Assembly (NCBI GenBank): GCA_964247135.1
Contig: CAXTTL010000083.1
Coordinates: 1 to 18,203 of the forward strand
DNA: 18,203 nt
Reading direction: 5' to 3'
Source: an uncultured Deinococcales bacterium
Lineage (GTDB): Bacteria > Deinococcota > Deinococci > Deinococcales > JAAFIG01
This document shows, in pieces, positions 7,965 to 15,342 of this stretch. The notes under the pieces are model-generated. The model made no database searches. It saw nothing but the letters and a program-made list of their open reading frames with translations, and had not been told where the DNA came from. Positions within the stretch are counted from its first letter, which is position 1. Each line of letters starts with the position of its first letter. Made by a program: the position numbers and the translations under genes.

Positions 7965-8315
7965 GTGCGTCTGCCATCCAAACGGTACTTGTTGCAACTT
8001 TTTCCGCCGATTCGGGTGCTGCTGGCAATTCTCGCCGCAACTGCCTTGACGTTTGCCACCAGTTTGATTCCGCGCCCGATTTACAACGCTGGTTTGCAAA
8101 CCGTGCAATTCGGTTATCCAATGCCGTTTGAAACCCTGACCCTCGAGCAACCCAGCAAACCCATCACGCCCGTTTTTGTTTCGATTCTAAACGCTCGAGG
8201 TACGAACATCAATTGGAATTTGGTGTTCGTGAACATTGCGTTTTACCTGACCGCGTTTGCGCTGGCACGAATTTTTTTCAGAAAACCTCGAACGACAAAT
8301 CTCGAGCAAGAATAA
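7965..8315 (+). CDS. Hypothetical small membrane protein (2 TM)
   Basis: Two hydrophobic segments flanking FGYPMPF. Fills the gap between hisA and the next convergent gene and has a leaderless -10 box. Confidence 0.7.
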   Translation: MRLPSKRYLLQLFPPIRVLLAILAATALTFATSLIPRPIYNAGLQTVQFGYPMPFETLTLEQPSKPITPVFVSILNARGTNINWNLVFVNIAFYLTAFALARIFFRKPRTTNLEQE

Positions 8316-8345
8316 AAAATCCTGACTTGAGATTTGGTGTTGATT

Positions 8346-9497
8346 TCAGGGCTTGGCGATGCTTTTGGTTAGGGCTGGCACAACAACCTCGAGCTTCGGG
8401 GCTTTGGTATCGAGCCGTCCGCTCAATTTCACCAGTACGGCTGGAGGATCAACCAATCGCTGGTACGGGTCAAGTTTCTCGAGGGTGTCCACAAAATTCA
8501 CCCTTGAATGCTCGAGCCAGATTGTGATTGTTCCGTCTGCTGCGACTGGCGCGATGCTGATGGAGGTAAGTCTGTCATAATTTTTGGTGAGCACAGCGTA
8601 AATTGTGCCAGGTTTGTCATTGACCGAGATTTGATGTTTGAAGTGGTTTAGTGTTGAAAGGATTGGGTCTGATTTCGCGGTCAGGACAGGCGAAACAAAT
8701 GTGAACTTTAGTAAGTTTTTGTGATCACTTTCTCGAAACATTTGACGCATCACACCGTATACATAAGTATAAAACGCAGTAAGAGGTTCTGTTCCCGTAA
8801 CAAGTTTCAAAGTTGTTTTACCAACATGTAAATTAGGATTTTCCCAACCTTCAAGTGTGACTCGGAGCGTTGATTTCTCGGCAATTTTGTTGATGACCTC
8901 AGTGACGCTCACCCAGGTTTCTTGATCTTTTTGAAACTGAACATCGCCTTTAGAATTTCCCAGTCCATTATTGATGTCCACGTCAGGAGTTTCGATGAGA
9001 GGCACAGCAATCTCTTGATCGTCTGGAAATTTCACAATGAATCCAATTTTGGTTGGTGCAAATTCCCCACCTGCTTTGGTGACATCGGTTGCGAAATCGG
9101 AAAGTCGCATCCAGGCAGATTCAGGTGAACAATCACCAACCTTTGTGGTGGGGTAAAACACTTGTGGGCAAGTTGGGTAAGGTCCAACACTCGAGGTTAA
9201 AATCTCTGCCAAACTCGAGGAAATCCCAACCAGCGCGACGCTCGAGATCAACCCTGCAAGCAATACTGCTTTGATTATTTTTGGCATCGTATGCACCTTG
9301 ACCATTTCCGCGTTTAAAACTCGAGCTTCCCCGAAGTCCAAAATCGCTTGTAAGATTGCTTGTTGTTCGCTCCAACCCGATATTTGATACTCGAGCGCCA
9401 GTTCTTTGATGTTGCCTTCAATCTCGGTTTTGACCTCGAGCTTTTTGCGTCCGTACAAGCCTTTGGTGGCGGCTTTCAGGTATGTTTCGAGGGTCAT
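8346..9497 (-). CDS. HAAS / permease-prefix-domain membrane-anchored protein, PadR-associated
   Basis: N-terminus LETYLKAATKGL...EVKTEIEGNIKE...AILQAILDFG, then one TM or signal segment and a large predicted extracytoplasmic domain. ATG 9497 overlaps the PadR stop (ATGA). Confidence 0.75.
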   Translation of the reverse strand: MTLETYLKAATKGLYGRKKLEVKTEIEGNIKELALEYQISGWSEQQAILQAILDFGEARVLNAEMVKVHTMPKIIKAVLLAGLISSVALVGISSSLAEILTSSVGPYPTCPQVFYPTTKVGDCSPESAWMRLSDFATDVTKAGGEFAPTKIGFIVKFPDDQEIAVPLIETPDVDINNGLGNSKGDVQFQKDQETWVSVTEVINKIAEKSTLRVTLEGWENPNLHVGKTTLKLVTGTEPLTAFYTYVYGVMRQMFRESDHKNLLKFTFVSPVLTAKSDPILSTLNHFKHQISVNDKPGTIYAVLTKNYDRLTSISIAPVAADGTITIWLEHSRVNFVDTLEKLDPYQRLVDPPAVLVKLSGRLDTKAPKLEVVVPALTKSIAKP

Positions 9498-9835
9498 GAT
9501 GCACCCCTTAAATTTTTGCCCCACAAGCTTTTGACGGTGTTGTAAAATTCGTCGAATTCGCCTTTGCGAGCCTTCAGTTCTTTGGCGCCCGTTTCGGTCA
9601 GGTTGTAAAATTTGACTGGGCTGCCGCCGCGTGGGGCTGGACGAAATTCGCCTTTGATAAAGCCTGCCTGCTCGAGACGGTGCAGCGCTGGGTAGAGGCT
9701 GCCAATCGAGAAGCTGAAGTATCCGCCCGTGCGGTCTTGGGCTTCTTTGGTGATCTCGAGTCCGTACATTTCGTTGCCCTCGAGAATCGAGAGCAGGATC
9801 AGGTCGAGGTTTCCTTTGAGTAAGTTTGCGTCCAT
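9494..9835 (-). CDS. PadR-family transcriptional regulator
   Basis: LLKGNLDLILLSIL, MYGLEI, GSLYPALHRLEQAGFI and KFYNLTETG. SD GGAGG at 9841-9845. Confidence 0.95.
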   Translation of the reverse strand: MDANLLKGNLDLILLSILEGNEMYGLEITKEAQDRTGGYFSFSIGSLYPALHRLEQAGFIKGEFRPAPRGGSPVKFYNLTETGAKELKARKGEFDEFYNTVKSLWGKNLRGAS

Positions 9836-9850
9836 GATTGCCTCCAAGTT

Positions 9851-9895
9851 GTTATCGCTTTTCGATAACGTAATCCGATAAGGCGATTTTGTCAA
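9851..9895 (-). promoter_or_regulatory. Sigma70-type promoter of the padR operon with an overlapping palindromic operator
   Basis: TTGACA (9890-9895)-N17-TACGTT (9867-9872). Perfect inverted repeat GTTATCG-N5-CGATAAC at 9851-9869. Confidence 0.75.
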
Positions 9896-10043
9896 GAGGT
9901 CACTCGAGATTCTAGATTTTCTATTTCATTTCCACAAAAACACTCTCGAGTACGAACTGATTCGAGTTGCAGCGTTCCAAAACCGATTTAAGACCTAGAA
10001 TTTCAACATGCCTTTTAACCTCGAGGCTCGAGAAGGAGAAATG

Positions 10044-10451
10044 ATGAAACGTTTCAAAATGATTTCGTTGTTTGCTTTGATCGCCATTTCGTTCGCCGCC
10101 TGTGCCCCAAACGAAGCCATTCCGTTGCTCAGTCGTTTTGATCTGGCTTTGATCAATGATTTTGCAAAACGCTCCGACGTCAGCACCATTGACTGCCCAA
10201 AAGACCTGATCTCGAGGTTGACCAGCGACGGCACACGGATTGTTTGCGGCACCACCAGCGATGGTCTTGAAGATTTTGGAATCAAGAGCGAACGGGCGGC
10301 AAAAGCCTTGGGTGCAAGTGAATCCAACGACTGGCAACTGACCAAAAACAATCAATTTTTGCGCGGTTACTTTTGGGAGTCCGAAGACGAAGTCGATGTT
10401 TATTACCAGCCTGTTTCGTCCGGCGGTGGTCAGGTGATCATCAATTACTAA
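10044..10451 (+). CDS. Hypothetical lipoprotein
   Basis: SD AAGGAG at 10033-10038. Signal MKRFKMISLFALIAISFAA-C and two further Cys. In-frame alternative starts at 10041 and 10008 (TAGAAT-N6-ATG). Confidence 0.75.
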   Translation: MKRFKMISLFALIAISFAACAPNEAIPLLSRFDLALINDFAKRSDVSTIDCPKDLISRLTSDGTRIVCGTTSDGLEDFGIKSERAAKALGASESNDWQLTKNNQFLRGYFWESEDEVDVYYQPVSSGGGQVIINY

Positions 10452-10483
10452 AGGTTGTAAGATCACATCACAAACCAAAATCC

Positions 10484-11383
10484 ATGAACGATTCCCGATT
10501 CCCACCCGAACTCATCACAGACCTTGAACCATTCATAGGCAAGTTGCTCGAGGTCGTGCCAATCGGTGGTGGAATGACCAACCGAAATTTTCGTCTCGAG
10601 ACCGAAAGAGGACGGTTCATGCTGCGCTTGGCAGGCGAACGCACGGCACTTTTGGGCATCAACCGCCATCACGAATTTGCCAGCGCCAAAATCGCCCATC
10701 AACTCGAGGTTGGGGTCGAAGCGATAGCCTATTTTGAGCCTCATGCGGCGATCCTGACGCGGTTTATTGGGGCAGAAACATTGACGGCTGTGACAGCCAA
10801 AACGCACCTCGAGCAACTGGTCAAAACCATAAAACGCTATCACCAAGCCCCCGTATTTCCAGCACACTTTAATCCATTTCAAACCGTCAGAAACTATCAC
10901 AGCCTCGCGCTCGAGTACGGCGTGAAATTCCCTCAAGATGTCGCTCGGGTTCTGACCCAGATGACGCACATCCAAACTGCGCTGCAACCCCACGCTCGAG
11001 AATGCCCATGTCACAACGACCTGCTGCCCGCCAATTTGTTGTTTGACGGCTCGAGCCTTTTTATTGTGGACTGGGAATACGCGGGCAACGGCAACCCGTT
11101 TTTTGACCTTGGCAACCTTGCCGTCAACCTCGAGCTTGATGCCGTGCAATGCCAGCACTTGCTCGAGATGTACTTTGGAAGCTCGAGTCCAGAACTCCTG
11201 GCGCAACTTCACCTCATGCGGCTGGCGTCGGATTTGCGCGAAGCCTTCTGGGGATTTTTGCAGGCAGGCATTTCGAGCATCGAATTTGATTTTATGGGCT
11301 ACGGCGAAAAGCACCTCGAGCGGTTTAGGCAGAATGTGGCGACAGAAGAATTTGAGCGGTGGTTAACGGTGCTACGGACTTAA
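10484..11383 (+). CDS. Choline/ethanolamine kinase (APH/ChoK phosphotransferase family)
   Basis: GGMTNRNF, GINRHHE, Brenner motif CHNDLLPANLL and IVDWEYAGNGNPFFDLGNL. Confidence 0.9.
   Translation: MNDSRFPPELITDLEPFIGKLLEVVPIGGGMTNRNFRLETERGRFMLRLAGERTALLGINRHHEFASAKIAHQLEVGVEAIAYFEPHAAILTRFIGAETLTAVTAKTHLEQLVKTIKRYHQAPVFPAHFNPFQTVRNYHSLALEYGVKFPQDVARVLTQMTHIQTALQPHARECPCHNDLLPANLLFDGSSLFIVDWEYAGNGNPFFDLGNLAVNLELDAVQCQHLLEMYFGSSSPELLAQLHLMRLASDLREAFWGFLQAGISSIEFDFMGYGEKHLERFRQNVATEEFERWLTVLRT
11306..11373 (+). repeat. 68-bp direct repeat, copy 1 (3' end of the kinase gene)
   Basis: 63/68 identical to 12205-12272 by manual alignment. Confidence 0.9.
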
Positions 11384-11712
11384 CTGACTGCAAAATCCAT
11401 GAGTTTTCGAGCATCAGGAGGTTGAAAACCAAGCACAATATCCGATTTTGGAACACCAGCCTCGAGCAGCAAACTGGTAATGCTTGGCAATGTGAAATCT
11501 TGTTGCACCCAGAATTTATGATCTTTCAAATCTACATGTAGCAAAACGTCATGCACACGCCCATCTGGTTTCCAACCAACGCTTAACACTTGATAATGCC
11601 CACGTTCCTTATCAATGACAACTTGAGATTCAATCAGACCATTTGACCTGGCATCATCTTGATAACTTAAGAATAACGTCTCTAAAAGCGTGGGGTAATC
11701 TACTCGATCCAT
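11380..11712 (-). CDS. xisI: XisI-family protein
   Basis: VIDKERGHYQVLSVGW, LLHVDLKDHKFWVQQDFT and LLEAGVPKSDIVLGFQPP are characteristic XisI motifs. Overlaps the end of xisH. Confidence 0.92.
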   Translation of the reverse strand: MDRVDYPTLLETLFLSYQDDARSNGLIESQVVIDKERGHYQVLSVGWKPDGRVHDVLLHVDLKDHKFWVQQDFTLPSITSLLLEAGVPKSDIVLGFQPPDARKLMDFAVS

Positions 11713-12115
11713 TGCACGACCTCCTCTAAATCATGGTCAAAAACAAGAATGCGTAAGTTAAACCGAACAATCATCTTTTGTGTAAATTCCAATTTCGAGA
11801 ATGACTTCCAAACCGCTTGAGGAACAGCCAAATACAAAACCCTGTTCGGTTCTTCAGATTCCAAAGCCAGTACATACGACAGGTACTGCCCAACGGCATC
11901 CTGAAAGGCTGACAGAGCCGAAATCTCGAGAAAACTCTTGACTTCCACCGCAATTTTTTTGTGTCCCGTTCCGCAATCAACAACCCTTCGGCACGAATAT
12001 CCACGAACATTCGCACACCACCAAATACCAGTGCGGTATTTTCGGCTGTAATGACCCAGCCATCGCGCTCGAGCGCGTGTTTTACGGCATTGTGGTATTT
12101 GTCGAGCGCTGGCAC
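11700..12115 (-). pseudogene. xisH: XisH-family PD-(D/E)XK-fold protein split by a frameshift in an A7 run
   Basis: The N-half MPALDKYHNAVKHALERDGWVIT...AERDTKK and the C-half IAVEVKSF...AVGQYLSY...LYLAVP...VVQWIE are in different frames, joined at the T7 run 11954-11960. Confidence 0.85.
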
Positions 12116-12121
12116 AGCCAC

Positions 12122-12150
12122 AGCCTACAAAGATTTTTTGCAATTGACAA
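12122..12150 (-). promoter_or_regulatory. Leaderless promoter of xisH-xisI
   Basis: Minus strand reads TTGTCA-N17-TAGGCT-N6-GTG(12115). Confidence 0.6.
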
Positions 12151-12204
12151 CACGCGGCAGATTGGGGTTTCTCGAGCGTCCAGTTTGACCGTATGTGATA
12201 CCTT

Positions 12205-12272
12205 GAAAAACACCTCGAGCGGTTTGGGCAGAATGTGGCGACAAAAGAATTTGAGCGATGGGTAACGGTGCT
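12205..12272 (+). repeat. 68-bp direct repeat, copy 2 (orphan duplicate of the kinase 3' end)
   Basis: Translates EKHLERFGQNVATKEFERWVTVL(EQH*), versus EKHLERFRQNVATEEFERWLTVL(RT*) in the gene. Confidence 0.9.
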
Positions 12273-12290
12273 CGAGCAACACTGAGCCTT
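12271..12290 (+). repeat. ~20-bp imperfect direct repeat, left copy
   Basis: CTCGAGCAACACTGAGCCTT versus CTCGAGCAACA-TCAGCCTT at 13860-13878 (18/20). Confidence 0.65.
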
Positions 12291-12321
12291 CTCGAGATAT
12301 TCAGAGCGTACACTCTGGTTT

Positions 12322-13839
12322 ATGACAGGTGAGCGCCCTCAAATTGATACGCGTCGAGTTCTGTTTTGGGTGCTGATTTTTCTTGGTTTTGCCGTTGTTG
12401 GATACGTGTATCGCTGGTGGAGCGGAGATGCGCGAGATGTTAGCGTGTTTACCACTCCTCATTTTAATGTTTTCATTGGTCCTCGAATAACACGAACTGG
12501 GCTTGAAATGATGTTGATTTCGTTGTTGGTGCTGGTCGTTTCTGGATGGTTGAAATTTTCAAATCAAACTCGAGTTCAACTTCAAACAGTGATCAGAATG
12601 TATGGTCTGTATTTGCTTATGGCAATCAACCCACCTGTACTGGCAACCATTGCTTGGCTATCACCTGAAATTGGTGAAGGTTGGGTCGGTTTAGTTTTCT
12701 TTATTTTGATAGAGATTGTCCTCGAGTTGATTGTGATTGCCTTCCTTTTTCGATCTGTCTTTAAGTTTGTGGGTTCTTTACTTATTGCTTGCTTGGCTTT
12801 GCCTGCCGCATTCTGGGGTTTGTGGAGTGGTTTTTTCTTCGAGTCTTTTCGACCCGCTATTACTGAATCTTGCTGGGCAGACCTGAATCTTCAACTTCCT
12901 AGCAGTGAACTGGCACTTCGGACATATAAACGCTGGGCTAGCCGTCGTGATTCCATTCCAGAAGCCACATCGCTGCCAGCGGTGGATTACATCACCAAAT
13001 TAACTGCGGTATCACCAAACGAACTCGAGAATGCGTGTCAGGATAAACAAGCCTTTAGTTTTCAGGCAGCCCATTATGTGCTCTGGTTTGAATTGGAATT
13101 TTATGCGAAAGATGGATTTGCCTACAAAGCGCAAGCACAGGTGACTTTCTCCGAGGATTTAGACCTCAAAGTGCTTGGAGGATGGAAATTTCAGAAAGAT
13201 AAAAATGCAAAGCCCAATGGTTTATTTGGAAGTAAACGCATGGGAGAGTTAGGAACCATTGGGCAACAACTCGAGCCACTGTTTCAAGTTGTGCCTGAAT
13301 TGCGGCAAAGTCCATGTGTTGGATTTACTCGACCAAAATCAACAACGAATAATTCAAGAATTGTTGCTGATTTTGACACCTCAAGCACCTTGAAAAACTT
13401 GTACCTCATTCGATCAGGAAAGCTCGAGCGTGCCTGGAATCAAGATCAAATTCGGTCTTCATTGCAACGCATTGCCCAGCGACTTGGATATGGAAAAGTT
13501 CAAACTTGGAATGAGCAGCGAATTTTTGAAAACGGAATTGTTTCTTGTTTTTCGGACAAACCTTATTTTGGTTTGCAAAGGCTCGAGGATCGTTATGTGG
13601 CATACATCCCACTGATTGAAGTGACGACAGGGACGAAGAAATTCAATGTTGTTTTGTCGTTTTTAACCAACAACAAACCAAGCTTGAGTATTTTCAAACT
13701 GTCAAAAACCAAGCCTTCTTTTGAAGAACGAATCTACGAATTTCTTCCAACCGAAGATGACATTCCTTGGAACAATGTTTCGACCAACGATCTCGAGTAC
13801 GGCGGCTCGCGGTTGATTTCAAAAAAAACGACAAAATAA
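12322..13839 (+). CDS. Hypothetical membrane protein (about 5 N-terminal TM segments plus a large soluble domain), AT-rich
   Basis: 505-aa ORF with a hydrophobic N-terminal third. TACACT (12309-12314)-N7-ATG. No family recognised. Confidence 0.8.
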   Translation: MTGERPQIDTRRVLFWVLIFLGFAVVGYVYRWWSGDARDVSVFTTPHFNVFIGPRITRTGLEMMLISLLVLVVSGWLKFSNQTRVQLQTVIRMYGLYLLMAINPPVLATIAWLSPEIGEGWVGLVFFILIEIVLELIVIAFLFRSVFKFVGSLLIACLALPAAFWGLWSGFFFESFRPAITESCWADLNLQLPSSELALRTYKRWASRRDSIPEATSLPAVDYITKLTAVSPNELENACQDKQAFSFQAAHYVLWFELEFYAKDGFAYKAQAQVTFSEDLDLKVLGGWKFQKDKNAKPNGLFGSKRMGELGTIGQQLEPLFQVVPELRQSPCVGFTRPKSTTNNSRIVADFDTSSTLKNLYLIRSGKLERAWNQDQIRSSLQRIAQRLGYGKVQTWNEQRIFENGIVSCFSDKPYFGLQRLEDRYVAYIPLIEVTTGTKKFNVVLSFLTNNKPSLSIFKLSKTKPSFEERIYEFLPTEDDIPWNNVSTNDLEYGGSRLISKKTTK

Positions 13840-13859
13840 TCCTGAAGTGCCCAAGGCTT

Positions 13860-13878
13860 CTCGAGCAACATCAGCCTT
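13860..13878 (+). repeat. ~20-bp imperfect direct repeat, right copy
   Basis: CTCGAGCAACATCAGCCTT; overlaps the stop codon of the convergent regulator. Confidence 0.65.
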
Positions 13879-14542
13879 GCGTTGGCGCAAGCGCAATGTG
13901 CGCGATATAACTTCCGCTTCCGTCTTTGCCCTTATACCGCTCGAGCACCTCAAAAAGCTCGAGTTGTAAGGCTTTGGCATCGTTAAAATCGAGCCGCAGT
14001 TGATCTTCCCACAAGGACAAAATCGCGGGTGCGGTCGGCTCGAGCGGGTTGATGTTAATCGGTTTGAGCGGGTGTGGTCCGTGCCGCACAACCAGTTTGC
14101 CGTCTTCGTTTTGCAACACGCTGATGCCAATTTCTTTGGCTGTTTTGACGTTGACCATCTGCATGGCGGCTTCCAAAAAATGCTCGAGAAACCGCTTGAA
14201 CAACGGTTCAAATTCGCGCAGCAGCATGTCGGCTGGGCTGGCAAAATGCGTGGCATCGAACGGCACAAAAAACACTTCGGCAACGGCGCTGTACTGTTTG
14301 ATGCTGCGTCCTCGGCGGGGTGTTTGTTCAATGATCTCGAGGAATCCAAGTTTGATCAGGCGTTTAATTTGATAAAGCAGCGTGTTCAGGCTGATGCCCA
14401 TTTCTTGGGCGACTTGATCGGCGCTGCGAACCCGTCCAACGAATGGCTCGAGAAACCTTAAATTGTTCGGCTCGAGCAGTTCTGCGGCGCGTGCGGGGTC
14501 GTGCAGCTCGAGTATTTCTCTACTACGAAAACTGTTAAACAT
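13871..14542 (-). CDS. Winged-helix (ArsR/HTH_20-like) transcriptional regulator
   Basis: LRFLEPFVGRVRSADQVAQEMGISLNTLLYQIKRLIKLGFLEI...RRGRSIKQY. TAATCT (14550-14555)-N7-ATG. Divergent from the ABC operon. Confidence 0.8.
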   Translation of the reverse strand: MFNSFRSREILELHDPARAAELLEPNNLRFLEPFVGRVRSADQVAQEMGISLNTLLYQIKRLIKLGFLEIIEQTPRRGRSIKQYSAVAEVFFVPFDATHFASPADMLLREFEPLFKRFLEHFLEAAMQMVNVKTAKEIGISVLQNEDGKLVVRHGPHPLKPININPLEPTAPAILSLWEDQLRLDFNDAKALQLELFEVLERYKGKDGSGSYIAHIALAPTQG

Positions 14543-14601
14543 TCGTAGCAGATTAAACCTAATCTCTGTTTCAGGTCAAGCCAGACTTTGAAAGGAATTT
14601 T

Positions 14602-15342
14602 ATGTTGCACCAAACCTTAATGCCGCCGTCGAGTCCCAAATCAACTCTCAAGCCACTCATTTCGCTGTCCAAGGTCAGCAAGGTTTTTAACACGCAGTCG
14701 GGCGATTTCACGGCGCTACAACACATCAATCTCGAGGTGAAAGCGGGAGAATTCGTTTCGATTGTCGGGAAGTCCGGCAGCGGAAAATCCACGCTGATCA
14801 ACATCATGACCGGCATCGATTCGCCAAGCTCTGGGCAGGTTATCGTGGCAAACAGCGCGGTTCATGCGCTCAACCAAGAGCAACTGGCGGTCTGGCGCGG
14901 CAAAAGTGTGGGCGTGATCTTTCAGTTTTTTCAACTGCTGCCCACCCTGACCGTTGCCGAAAACGTCATGCTGCCAATGGATTTTTGCAACACCTACCCG
15001 CCAGCAGATCGCCGCAAACGCGCACTGGGCTTGCTCGAGAAACTTGGCATCCTCGAGCAAGCCGATAAACTCCCGAGTGACCTTTCAGGTGGTCAGCAAC
15101 AACGTGCCGCCATCGCTCGAGCGCTGGCAAATGACCCGCCGTTGTTGGTGGCGGACGAACCCACGGGCAACCTCGATTCCAAAACCTCTGAAGATGTGAT
15201 GCAGCTTTTTGCGGCGTTGGTGAAAGAGGGCAAGACCGTGGTGATGGTCACGCACGAACGCGACTTTGGACGGTATTTCACGCGCTGCATCAACTTGGCG
15301 GATGGTGTGATTCTGCCTGAACAACTCGAGGTTGGCGTATGA
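14602..15342 (+). CDS. ABC transporter ATP-binding protein, LolD/MacB/FtsE type
   Basis: Walker A GKSGSGKS, Q-loop IFQFFQLL, signature LSGGQQQR, Walker B LLVADEPTGNLD and H-switch VTHE. Confidence 0.97.
   Translation: MLHQTLMPPSSPKSTLKPLISLSKVSKVFNTQSGDFTALQHINLEVKAGEFVSIVGKSGSGKSTLINIMTGIDSPSSGQVIVANSAVHALNQEQLAVWRGKSVGVIFQFFQLLPTLTVAENVMLPMDFCNTYPPADRRKRALGLLEKLGILEQADKLPSDLSGGQQQRAAIARALANDPPLLVADEPTGNLDSKTSEDVMQLFAALVKEGKTVVMVTHERDFGRYFTRCINLADGVILPEQLEVGV

Noticed and set aside
7909-8121. 71-aa N-terminal extension of HisA
   Set aside because: It overlaps the divergent gene; HisA homology and the -10 box indicate a start at 7908.
9921-11314. Minus-strand ORFs 9921-10505 and 10463-11314
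   Set aside because: Antisense to the lipoprotein and kinase genes, which have clear signals and motifs.
11374-12204. xisHI segment as an autonomous IS or prophage
   Set aside because: No transposase, integrase or terminal inverted repeats were seen, so it is kept only as a non-autonomous insert.
2933-12308. CTCGAG near several promoter -10 boxes (2939, 7944, 12291) as a regulatory element
   Set aside because: Distances to the -10 boxes differ, and such proximity is expected by chance at about 8 sites per kb.
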